64,000 nucleotides of DNA from NCBI GenBank assembly GCA_951406725.2, contig OX597814.1:166036001-166100000 (forward strand). Direction: 5' to 3'. The notes under the pieces are model-generated. The model did no database searches and was not told the DNA's origin. It worked only from the letters and a program-made list of their open reading frames with translations. The stretch is from Octopus vulgaris. Taxonomy: Eukaryota. The position numbers and the translations under genes were made by a program. The stretch's first letter is position 1. Every line of letters starts with the position of its first letter. Shown piece by piece: positions 51,986-63,400 of this stretch.

Positions 51986-52770
51986 TGTAGTGGATCTTGC
52001 AAGAATTAAGTGGATTCGATCCACCATAGCCAAATTTAAATTAACACTGCAACAGGACTTTTCCCACGGTAGAATAAGGTTTTTCTCTGACAGCAGTTTT
52101 ACATTTGCCAGATTGCCTTTAGCTAGGCCGAAATAATGTCTTCACCACTTGACCCTTTCTAACCTCTTCTACTTCACCAAAAGCTAGAATAGAGATAACA
52201 AGACTACCAACTAAATCTATTGTTCTCAATGATATATCTATGCTTCTGGATAGTTATAAAAGCAAGAACACCCCAAGCAAAATTCAGTCGGTGATGACTC
52301 AACCATGTAGTCACATCGGTGACAACGAAGTCTGGCTGTCCAGCTAGAACCTTGGTCAGAGGGAGAAATGAAGTTTACTGTCAGCAAATGTGAGACAACG
52401 TCCCACACCCTACAACTTACACTAGGTCTAATTCTGTTCTCTTATAACATCATCTATCGCTATCTGTGGATTACTACTAACAATTTGTGTACGCCAAACT
52501 ATGGAAAAAGAAAAAAAAATTCTACCACATCTAACTTTCTTTCGCATGCTCTCGGATGTTATAACCTGCCCGTCGAGGTTTGGTATTTTTCAACATAACG
52601 GTAAATAAATACTTTCTTAAAACTTCATACATTGTTCATCTTTCATATCAATTATAACAACAAATTTTCATCGTTACGACTGTTGATTCCGACATTTCAT
52701 AAAATTGTTTACTAATCAATCTTACCCTTTACAATTAGTAACTACACTAATTAAAAACTTAATCGTTACA
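51986..52770 (+). mobile_element. Solo-LTR-like element (785 bp) inserted in a SINE
   Basis: TGTAGTG...GTTACA ends; TATAAAAG at 52255, TCAGT initiator at 52284, AATAAA at 52604; flanked by a 17-bp duplication. Confidence 0.6.
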
Positions 52771-53730
52771 AAATATTGGTATCGATGTAATGAACTTATC
52801 CCTTCCCAAAATTAGAAAGAATTATGTTTGCTTTATGTTGTGTGGGTAATTAGCAGTCTTTAGAGAAACGTTGTATAAAATTCCTAGTGGTATTTTTTCC
52901 GAATGTTTGTACTGTGAGTTCAAATCTTGTCATGGCCAATTTTATCTTTCATCCTTTTGGGGGTCAATAAAAATAAAAGGTAGTGATCCAGGGAGGTGTA
53001 TTGGCGGAATCGCTATGGTGGAGGGGCTAAGATTAAACCGGCATCTGATTTGACTCTTTGCATTCTGACAGCAACGCCTGGGACGATAATCGTGACAAGC
53101 TGTCGATCCAAGCCTTTCACCTTCGATAAACATTAGTGGTATAGAGAGTTGCATGCTCGGGAACAGCCAGTCTTGTTTAAAAAATCTTGTCCAGGCCTGA
53201 GTAGATGCACAGTGAACCTTCACCGACGAAGGCCCTACATCGAGATGTATTTTTAAATTAGTATAATATCGGACAGAAACTGATAATTACGATGTAATCT
53301 ATGTATGCCATGGGTAAGGTTTAAATGTTTTGTTATACTTGAGTTCTGATAGTTTTTAAGTTTGTGCTTAAAAAAGCGTTTTTATACTTATCATATACAA
53401 TAAAGGGCAATGGTACAGTACAATTGTTTTATGTTACCCTAGACTTAATGTTTTCATTAAAAAAATGTTTTGAGTTAAATTAGCAAAATATCTACAATAA
53501 GCTTCAACTTTTGACTGAGATATGATAATCAATGCATGTCGGACAAAAGGATTAATAACACTTCTGACTCTTTACATTCTGAGTTCAAATTCCATCGAAT
53601 TCGACTTTGCTTTTCATGCTTGCGGAATCGATAGAATAAGTAACAATTGAATAATCGACTACCCTCTCCCACAAAATGCCACGTTTGTACCTATAGTAGA
53701 AAAAAAAAATTATCATGGAATATGCGAAAG

Positions 53731-53962
53731 TGGCGACGAGCTGGCAGAAACGTTAGCACGCCGGGCGAAATGCTTAGCAGTATTTCGTCTGTCTTTACGT
53801 TCTGAGTTCAAATTCCGCCGAGGTCGACTTTGCCTTTCATCCTTTCGAGATCGATTAAAAAAGTACCAGTCACGCACTGGGGTCGATATAATCGACTTAA
53901 TCAGTTTGTCTGTCCTTGTTTGTCCTCTCTGTATTTGGCTCCTTGTGGGTAGTAAAGAAATA
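53731..53962 (+). mobile_element. tRNA-derived SINE family B (Nin/Deu-domain-like core) with 14-bp TSD
   Basis: GGCGACGAGCTGGCAGAA head, GTTCAAATTCC B box, core GCCTTTCATCCTTTCG..GTCGAT...AAGTACCAG, TSD ggaatatgYgaaag. Older copies at about 1222, 12200, 12440, 14825, 21945, 51830 and 56617. Confidence 0.85.
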
Positions 53963-54156
53963 GGAATATGTGAAAGCGTATAGCCTAACGGTTAGGTCGT
54001 GGTTTCGAATCTCAGACCTGGCAGAAAGTTGTCCTTGCACAATGTACTTCATTTCACGTTGCTCTAATAAGCACAGCTGAGTTACATCTACCGGAGAGTG
54101 GCACCTCGCATTAAATATTGAAAATGCAAGATGTCAATGAACTGATAAATTACATT

Positions 54157-54754
54157 TGAAACGACTTCGGTGTGAGATGACTCGTGCACTTTTGGGGTGC
54201 ACAAAGCAATCACTCACTAGCCGTTGCTTTAATAATCCAGAATTCTACTAGTCAGAAACAACAAGACGCAGACGTAAAATATACATATAACTACTTTATT
54301 CTCTTTCTTGGTAACAAATAACAATAAGTGTGTTATCTGATGTCCTTGGTTCGGGGCGCGCAAGGCTGAAAGTAAATCAATTGTAATATTTACAATATTC
54401 AGCCCAAAAACAGAAACGGATTCAAGATGGCGTCGAACAGGGAAGTTGAATGTGGTCGGCAACAATTTGGTTAAAGGCATTCGGCCGACTGCTATCAGAG
54501 CTGGACAGCGAGAATATACGCGTGACCGCCACCTTCAATCGCTGGGTCCCAAGTCTCCGCTTGCTGCTGCTAGTGGTCAAACGTTCTACGACCCCCTTGC
54601 CTCGCTAACTACCACGATAGGCAAGCGGGTCGTGCTTCCGGTGGTTCGCGCATGCGCGAGAGGGCCCTTCCTTTCTGTGCCTTGGTGAAGGCACCAACAC
54701 GCGCGAAATACAAATGGTCGGTGCGCGAGCGCGCGCCGTTGTAGGATCACTACA
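54157..54754 (-). mobile_element. Putative GC/CpG-rich solo LTR (598 bp)
   Basis: Minus strand TGTAGTGATCC...GTTTCA, 4-bp CATT duplication (54153-56 and 54755-58), AATAAA at 54300-54295. Confidence 0.45.
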
Positions 54755-54807
54755 CATTAATACTAAATATTGCACACTAGATTATCCTACTACAAGAAGT
54801 GTACGAT

Positions 54808-56378
54808 GTTTTTCTTTATTACCCACTAGGGGCCACATAGAGAGGGACACTACAAACATTGGGGACATAGAACATTATGATTACAACGAATGAAAGATGA
54901 ATTTTGAAAATGGTAATATGAAAGTGATGCTAACGGCCCCATCCGCTAGCATCACTTACCTGTCCTTTAGTTGTTAATCCCACACAAATACTCCTTGTTC
55001 AGTTCCGATACAAAGTCCTTCCATCTCCATCCTTGTTTCAAACGTTTCTTCCAAATCTCTCATGATTTTTCCAACCAGTCTCACTTCATTCACTTCATAA
55101 TCTTCCCTTTCACACATTGTCATAAAATCGTCCATTCGTTCCTTTCCAATCACTGCATACCTGATCGGTCCTCTGTCACACCACCGATACTCTTCCATTG
55201 TCTTTTTAATTTTTTCTTTTCCCATCATACATACAATGTTTGGCCTGGGTTCATTTTTTGTATCATGGTTGTGTGTGTCCTTTCTTTTCTGTTTTCTTGT
55301 TGGAGGGGAGCGGGTGGGTTCACTGTCTGCAGAGAGAGGGTGGGACTCAGAGAGTCTGGGTGGTGTTGGGGTGGTTTGGGATTCCATACTGTTTGTTTTT
55401 CCTCTCATTCCTCTTTCTCCTGGCTTCTTCCCATTCTTTTGAATTCTTTTCTTCTTCTGTTATCTCCTTCTCTTCTGTTTTCTGCTCTTTTTCTGCCTCT
55501 TTTTGTTGTTCCGCATCCATATCTTTCTCTGGGGGAGGGCAGTTAGCTCTTATGTGGCCACTTGTAACAACGTGGAGCTCTGCCCTCCACCCACACTCTC
55601 ATGATTACGTCTCCCAATCTGATATTCTCTGCTAGGTCCTCCAGTACATCATCCTCCGACTGCACATTTAGATCCAGTGTCGCGCCTCTCCAGCCCTCGG
55701 TCTTTACCGTGGCATGGAAGATGTCCACTTCATCCTCATGGCCGCTAATTATAGCTGCCACAATCCACTCAGCTTCGACGTTTGGGGGTATTCCCTCGAC
55801 CCGTATTCTGGTAATTTTCATATTTAAATATGTGGGCAAAAGGAATACCCTCTCAGATTTCACCGCCTTCGCCGCCATCTTCCCTGCTATATTCTCACTC
55901 TTGAACTGTACTACCACAGTACCATATCTTGTACCTCTAGTCAGAAATATAATTTCCTCTTCCGCTCTTCTCAGAGCCTCCTCTATCCACTCCATATTCA
56001 CCACTTCGATCCTTCTCTTTCCGCTTGGTCCTTTTTTCGTACCATTCTCTGCGCTTTTGTGGCGGTGCTAATTCCACCTCACCGCTGTCCTTCTTAACAA
56101 ACTTCTGGTAACTTGGCAGCTTGGCCAAGTCCACCTCTCTCTCCTCCGATTTTTTAGCAACACCGGCATAGGTATAACCTAGTTTCTGGTCCATTTTCCT
56201 CACCGCTTCCTCCAATTCCTCCTCAGACGTAGACAAGTCCGATAGGGACTCGAACACTCTTGCCGTCTCTCCCATTAGGGAGGGATTAACAAACCTTCCG
56301 ATGAGTCAGTAAGCAGTTGAAGTCCTTTTTGTATTAGAAATAAAACAAACAGGAGCGGCTCTTCGAGAAAACAGATAT
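54808..56378 (-). mobile_element. ORF1(gag-like)-only non-autonomous non-LTR retroelement with long TSD
   Basis: Flanked by acaagaagtgtacgat (54792-54807 and 56383-56398). One frameshifted ORF from 56275 to 54974 with an L1/Tx1-type ORF1 look and a broken CCHC knuckle (PRCYK..GHIRANC). No endonuclease or RT; A-rich 3' end. Confidence 0.72.
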
Positions 56379-56945
56379 TACGACAAGAAGTGTACGATAA
56401 TTTTAAATTCCACCATCTCTCATTAGCAAAGATGCGGTGGACGCCTCTGCACGCACACTTACATACATATATATATGAAATACAGTGTTGTTGTTTTCAG
56501 ATTTCAAAATATCAGTCATTTCCCAAATATTAATGAGAAGTTTTGCATCGCTTTAATAAATAGAAATCAAATTAGAGTTTGCATCTATATAGTTCTTCGA
56601 AAGTTCAAAACCAAGCTGTGAGCTGGCAGAATTGTTAGCGCATCGGGGGAAATATTTAGCGCATTTCTTCCGGTTCATTACATTCTAAGTTCAAATTGCG
56701 TCACGGACAACTTTGCCTTTCGTAATTTCAGGGTCGATAAAGTAAATTATCAGTCAAATACTGAAATCAATATAACTCACTAACTTCCTCTCACTAAAAT
56801 TGCTGACCTTGTACCAAATTTTGAAACCATTGTTAAACGTGTCAATTTCAATATACAGATTATTTAGGTATGGTACATGTCTTCGTTAAATCTTCTGGCA
56901 AGAGATTTTTTTTTTTTCGGTAAAATATATAACATTAATAATTCT

Positions 56946-57177
56946 TATTTCTTTACTGCCCACAAGGGGCTGCACATAGAGGGGACAAACAAGGATAGAA
57001 AAAGAGATTAAGTCGATTACATCGACCCCAGTACATAACTGGTGCTTAATTTATCGACCCCGAAAGGATGAAAGGCAAAGTTGACCTCGGCGGAATTTGA
57101 ACTCAGAACACAGCAGCAGACGAAATACGGCTAAGCATTTCGCCCGGCGTGCTAACGTTTCTGCCAGCTCGCCGCCT
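56946..57177 (-). mobile_element. SINE family B with 18-bp TSD
   Basis: TSD tataacRttaataattct at 56928-56945 and 57178-57195. Confidence 0.85.
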
Positions 57178-57502
57178 TATAACGTTAATAATTCTGTCAA
57201 CAAATAGAATTATGACAGACGAGTCAATGTCACAATGTTGCAATATTTCCCAGGCTAGACAAATTCCATCGAAGTAACAAGATTCAGTGCCTCGCGAACG
57301 AAAAGGTGAGCATCTATTCACGCTCAGGATGTCAGTGATAAAATATTTTCTCGGAAGTAAATCTCTTCTGGGGAACACAGTATAAAATACCCTGTTCTTG
57401 ACGCTGACGATGTTATTTTTGATACTAGCCCTGCATATGTCGATATTCTGAAGTTGAGAAATGATTTAACACATTTGACACTTCCAGAGATAATGATACA
57501 TC

Positions 57503-57739
57503 TCATTGATACCCAGCCTTGATAACTTGGCTATCGATGTATTTCTTCCATTCCTCGAGATCTTTGTGTGAAATTGGGTTCTTCACAATGAACCTCTTCA
57601 AATCCAAGCTCAGATATGAAGTTGGTTCTTTTAAAGACAAAATCATACAAAAATCTCTTGACGATAAAATATCTTCTCTTATGACACTGTCTAAAATATC
57701 ACTGTACAATAAATGCAGCTTTATCATATAACGGTGCAC
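57503..57739 (-). CDS. Putative terminal exon 2 of the same short gene: VHRYMIKLHLLYSDILDSVIREDIL...SQVIKAGYQ*
   Basis: Acceptor aattctag with an upstream CTAAT branch-like motif and T-rich tract. Phase 0 matches the exon 1 donor; 78 stop-free codons with no recognisable repeat origin. Confidence 0.55.
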   Translation of the reverse strand: MHRYMIKLHLLYSDILDSVIREDILSSRDFCMILSLKEPTSYLSLDLKRFIVKNPISHKDLEEWKKYIDSQVIKAGYQ

Positions 57740-58935
57740 CTAGAATTTAAATTAGGGGTAAAACTAAAAATACGTGAAATAAAAATGGCAACACTGTTCT
57801 AGGAATAACAGCCAAATCTCCTAAAACCACACCATACTATGTTTTAACAAGAAGGACTTCTCTCACGTTGTATGTAGTACTTCATATTCAGAAAGACAGG
57901 GTGAAGTTCTAGAATGGCTTTGACCACAGGTTTACTCAAACAGGACTGACATGAACCTAAACACTTGCTCTTATGACTGAGCTACCCAGTCGCGACTATA
58001 TCACTCAGAGATGATGACTACGGTTATCAAAATAGGTATGATGACTAAGTATGGTAGCTTCTCTACGCAAAGAAAGAGAGAGAAGAAATTAATAGCTATA
58101 GGTCCGTTTTCATTTTAAACACAATTTATTCGCTTATGTAGACTACTTGCAATAGTAATCGATAAGAGATCGCTAAATAAGGCCTTATCGATTGTTGTTT
58201 ATGTTAGCAACAATCTAGAAGCGGAAATGAGGCTAAAGTAGCGATTGTGTTAAGGCAAGGGTTTCAGCTCATTAGTTCTTTACACTCAAATGAATCTGGC
58301 CCACTTAGATCATGACGCCTAGGTGTCCTCCAACTGTTTTTGAAAAGCGTTTTGTAGGAATTGAACTCAGAACCTTTGAGTGATCTTATTTTTCTAGAGT
58401 GCATTGCTGGGCCAGGAAAACCACCGCAAGAACTTGCAATGTGGATCTATTTCATATTGATGTAAAGTGGGCCACATCATGATTTGGTTGCATCCTATTT
58501 TACTGGGCGAGTGAAAATTGATTTGATCTCCAGCTAATTAGAGGTGTCATTAATTTCACCAACTAATAATCGATAATATTTCTGTATTTAATCCTTGCAT
58601 TCCTAACCAGAGGAACCAACTTCACTTTTCAGATAGTCAATACAGCTTATACGCGCGCGCGTGCTGTGATGACAATTTAACGAGTCAACAATTTACGTGT
58701 GTCTTACTTGAAAAGTAGCTGAGAAGTGAAGCTGGTTCATACTCCCTCACTATTCAATGGTGCACCCTTGGATTTACTCCACTTTAGCATTATTACAAAT
58801 TAGTACCCATCCAGAATATTCTGGAGCACCTCTGGGCACTAAATTCTGACGACGGGCCTAAGTCGGTTTCTGTTGGTGGGAACACTGTAGAAAATACGAT
58901 GCAACCAAATCATAGTGTATCTCGTTATAACATTA

Positions 58936-59884
58936 CTAGCAGCATAGCCCGGCGTTGCCCGGGTATGTAAGAACCCCCAGTAGGCAACGACTAATCCCAA
59001 TCTAGTCCTTTCCCTCTAGGGAACGAAGGCGCATGTGTAGGTTGCAATGTCTTCTCTTCACTCGAATACTTCTGTGTATACGATGTTCCTAGCTGTCCCT
59101 TTGGGCGAAAACATGAAAACATCATTGCGCCTCCCAACGCGTGAACAGCCCACGTAGAGTTGACCGTGGGCGAAGCACTGTTCCCCCAACTGTAACCCAG
59201 CAACTTGTAGCGTTTGGCCTTGGGATTTATTGATGGACATTGCGAAGCAGAGTTTAACAGGAAACTGAGAACGCCTGAAGTGGATTGGTAGGTCAGCGCC
59301 CGACGGTTGAAGGTGCATGCGTGGAATGAAGACGTCCTCTCCCTTCCCACAACCGGTAAGTATTGTGGCCGTTATTAAATGTGGTGGCAAATGTTTCACA
59401 ACCAGACGTGTGCCGTTGCACTGTTTAGGTGGAACCAAATTCCTGATGAGCATAATGGGCGCACCGACTTTTAACTTCAGGATGTGTGACGGCAGGCCTG
59501 GCGGTTCAAGTGAATTCAGGAATTCAACAGGATAATCGGCAAGCTCGGCGGGGTCCGCTGTCCTATCAATAGATTTGTAGACGTGGACATCACCAAGAAT
59601 AGCTTCCAGCAGCTGGATATTGATGGAGTTGAGTTAAAAAGGTCGAGTCGCGTCCCCTAGACAGTCTGTGGTTTGTGTTTCTGATTCTCGACCCCATGTC
59701 GAATTTATCGATTTTTTCAGAACTGGGGGAACTTTTCAAAATTTTCGCTGCGTTAGTTTTGAATTATGACATTGGGCTATGTGTGTGTCAAGTTTCATCA
59801 GAATCGGTTGAAAGCCGTGGTCAGGGTAAGGGTACAACCTGACAGACACACAGACAGACAAACTGCCGTTTATATAGAGAGAGA
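58936..59884 (-). mobile_element. Complete non-autonomous Helitron (949 bp) retaining the C-terminal PIF1-like helicase segment
   Basis: 5' TC(TCTCTATATAAA) at 59884, 3' hairpin CCCGGGCAACGCCGGG then CTAG at 58939-58936, inserted between A and T. Stop-free frame 59633-59058 with CNGTRL, QFPVKLCFAMSINKSQGQTL and HGQLYVGCSRV. Confidence 0.92.
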
Positions 59885-60409
59885 TGAATAAAATATGAAT
59901 CCATACTGGTGTTGGAACATCGATCACAAGACATTTAAGCCGCCTTATGTTTCCTCGTATTTTAAAGTTATAACCTTTATAATTGAAAATGATAAATACC
60001 ATCATGTCATCTTTGGAGGATATTTTCAAGGCCGCTATTCTAAGAAACAGTGCCGGTCTGGTGCGAGGTATTTGGATGATGTTTGACTAAAATACCAACA
60101 ACCAGATTTTTATATCTATCTCATAATATTCTAAAACGATATGGTAGATATAGCAGATCTAAAAAAAATGTAGATGAATTATCTGACTGGAAACTTATGA
60201 TCACAGATGAAAGAAATAGATTCCCTACAGAAATACCTTAGCTACAAGATTCTTGTGCCAGATGGTATGAAGTGTAATGTCAATGCTTTCGCATTAGTTC
60301 TATAAGCAGGCCAATAAGAGGAGATTAAGAGGAGATTTCAGTCAAAGCCCGAAGAGTCAAAGAAGGACCAGTGACTATTTACTGGGCCCTTCCTTAAAAA
60401 TAAATATAA

Positions 60410-61363
60410 GGATCTTTTCACTTTGACCGGCAGATTTTTAAAATAATTTCTATGTAACTAAAAAATTTTAAACCTCGTATACTGGTAGAATGTGTTTATA
60501 AAACATCTTTTTCTCTTGGCTTTCTTGAGAAAATTCTGTAGTTTGTAACATATTTGTTGTTTAATTTCTTGCATTTCGGCAATTTCAACCAATCAGTGAC
60601 GTCTATTGAGGTAAAAACAATATCTGCCGTAACATTTTATGGCGGCGTCATATGAAAATGTCCCTGTTACATATTATATATTCGTTTAAGAAACAGATTG
60701 GGTTAATAAAATAAACAAACAAAATTCAGCACCCTTAAATTTCCAGAGCCCCTTCCCTCCATACCGAGACTATTGTTCTTACGGAAGCTCTGTCCATACG
60801 ATAAGAGACTATAGGTGTCATATAGTAGTCTTCACGCGAACTGGCTCTGCAGAAATGTATTGATGGTCGGCATAGAAACAAAGTCAAAGTGTGTGAAATA
60901 TCCTCTGTGTTTTCACAGACTAAGGTAAATACTTTTAGAGAGACAGATTGTCTCTTCGTTGTCATTTGTAACATTAGAGACACTTGCAAATAATTTGTAA
61001 GTTATTGTAATTGTAGAGAGGAAAGAGTTTACTTTGTATAACTTTTTGATAATCTTCTTTTTATTTATTCACACTGTGTTGATGGCTCGAAGACACTTAC
61101 TCTACAACGAAAAATGCACCGCCGATAGTTGTTGTTGACAAACAACGGCAGTAATATTATTCATCTGAATACGTCATTGATTGGTTGAAATTATCAAAAT
61201 ACGAGAACTTTAACGTGAAATAACTTCCTAAATATAAGCTTTTCTCAAAAACGCCAGGAGAAAAAGATATTTTATATGACACATTCTACTAGTGTCCGAA
61301 GTTTGAAAGTGTTAAGTTACAAAAAATTATTTTAAAAATCTGTCGGTCAAAAGGTAAAGATCC
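60410..61363. mobile_element. MITE with about 200-bp imperfect TIRs (GGATCTTT...AAAGATCC), superfamily unassigned
   Basis: Inverted arms including TTTGACCGGCAGATTTTTAAAATAATTT and AATTTCAACCAATCA; no TSD visible. Confidence 0.7.
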
Positions 61364-61545
61364 CCCCACTTTAAATTCCAATCTGTGGGGAGGTAGTCTT
61401 GGAGCCTCCAATAAGTTGAGAAATTCTGTTGGATAATTTACCACCTCTTCTGGATCTGGGATTGTATCAACTTACTTATTGATGTGAGGACTTCCAGGAA
61501 GGTACTGCAGCAGCTACTCGTTAATTTTACTTAAAGTGCTGCTTT
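61364..61545 (-). mobile_element. Short Helitron helicase fragment
   Basis: Reads VDTIPDPEEVVNYPTEFLNLLEAPRLPPHRLEFKVG, with stops upstream. Confidence 0.75.
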
Positions 61546-61904
61546 TTAGAGTCTCTTTCATACAGCCAATTGAGATTGTAATAATTTTTTGACCAATGGA
61601 TATAAGAAAGACAATAAATTTGTGAAAGTTACTTCGCAAAAAGTTACCTCCCTTCTCCACGTAACCTAGGAAAGGGTATTTTCTGCTCTCAGAAGGCCCG
61701 TTACTTATTATGTGAAAACTTTTAAGAGTCTAAAACCATCTCTGAAACATAAGTAATGTATGTTCCTAGTCTGGAGAAGATCAGTTGTGAACTTCAGAAG
61801 TTATGCGGGCTTACACACAACTTCATTTTTATATGTATATAAAGAATAAAACGTTTTGAATGGTACAACAATGCACTACAATACAAACAATGGGCTATAT
61901 ACCT

Positions 61905-62140
61905 ATTTTTTTACTACCCACAAGGAGCTAAATACAGAGGGGACAAACAAGGACAGACAAACGGATTAAGCCGATTATATCGACCCCAGTGCGTAACTGG
62001 TACTTATTTAATCGACCCCGAAAGGATGAAAGGCAAAGTCGACCTCGGCGGAATTTGAACTCAGAACGTAGTAGCAGACGAAATACCACTAAGCATTTCG
62101 CCCGACGTGCTAACGATTCTGCCAGCTCACCGCCTTCATT
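61905..62140 (-). mobile_element. SINE family B with 14-bp TSD
   Basis: TSD tgggctatatacct at 61891-61904 and 62141-62154. Confidence 0.85.
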
Positions 62141-62521
62141 TGGGCTATATACCTGTTGTAATTTAGTCATCCATAGTCTGATAATATTTCGGAATAAAAT
62201 TCCTTCTTCAGATATTCTTAGATGGAGTCGCTGCTATAATCGGTTTTCCAACGGCTTTTTTTTTTTTCGGAAGCGTCTCAGCAGTGGTCTGACGAAGCTC
62301 CTTCCGGAATTCCTCATGAGAAGTGCGTGGGGTCGGCCATGTCTCAATCTCGTGTGTGTTGGTACATCTGTAGCGCTGCTTCTAAGTTATGTATTATACG
62401 TGCAGCTTCTTTTACCCCCCTTCTGTTTTTTTTTTTTTTGTTATAAACAATTTATGAGCATATTATCAAAAATGAACCTACACGCATCCAGATGTAGCTA
62501 AATAATATATTGATTACCAAC

Positions 62522-62731
62522 CTCTAGCCTGTTGTTAATTTGGGGCCCTAGCCTGTGTATTTCTAATGGTTTTCCAACTGTTTTTGACAAGGCATCCAGA
62601 ATATCAGTGGGACCTCTTTTTATTCGCTTGGGCATCACAATTTTCTGGGCATTACGTGACTTCTCCTTTGTTTGTGTTACCACCTGACAGCTGGAGATAA
62701 CCATGACTGTTTGTTTTGATGATGAGAACAT
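62522..62731 (-). CDS. Putative exon 1 of a short gene with a PTCD3/mS39-like N-terminal motif (KIVMPKRIKRGPTDILDALSKTVGK)
   Basis: 70 codons from ATG to a GAG|GTTGGT donor (phase 0). The motif resembles invertebrate PTCD3 I.IP.RI.R.PTD.L.AL..TV. Confidence 0.62.
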
Positions 62732-63055
62732 GATAAAAGTTTACTCAAAGATTTGAGACTTAGTATTGTAGACGAAATTGCAGGACACCAAGTTCGCCAT
62801 ACAGGGATCAAATCTATGTATATATAAATATAATAAGATAAATTTTAATTTTCTTAGAAATTTTACATGTTTCGGTTCTTCTTGAAAAAACGAACCTTAT
62901 CAAAAATATTTTAAAAAGTTAAGTGTAATAAAAGCTGCACGTATAATACATAATTGTTTCTTACTAGTCTTAACAGAGTCCACGTGTTGGTTTTTTGTGA
63001 GGGGGAGCATAATAGTTGTCTTGTGTGTTGACTAGATTCGTTGGCTAAAGTTGGG

Positions 63056-63090
<35 letters not shown>

Positions 63091-63400
63091 GAACAACAAA
63101 TCCACACGTTGGAAAAATTTAGAACAACTATCACAGTTTAACCCTAGATCAACCTGACAGAACAGACCTAAGATCAAAAGTAATACAACTGAAGAAATCC
63201 CGTCTTTTTTCTGTGGGCAAGAAACCCAGGATCATATTCTCCAACGTGTTCCCCGCCCATCTTTTTTTTTCTTTAAAGCAGAATCTGTAGAAAATTTGAC
63301 TTGTTTCTAACAGATTGAGCGACCACATTGAAGTTACCTCGATGGTTAAAGAATGGTCGAAGAGTCTAGTTCGGGACCATATTGTTTTAGAATGATTTAA

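Noticed and set aside
54971-56071. Plus-strand ORFs of 191, 131 and 156 aa
   Set aside because: Antisense shadows of the purine-rich ORF1-like frame.
59058-59453. Host PIF1 helicase gene
   Set aside because: It lies between Helitron termini, lacks the N-terminal helicase motifs and has no introns.
61989-62501. 170-aa plus-strand ORF
   Set aside because: It starts inside the antisense strand of a SINE and has no protein-like features.
62522-62731. Assigning the symbol PTCD3
   Set aside because: Only the short N-terminal motif matches; the following conserved block and the PPR exons are absent.
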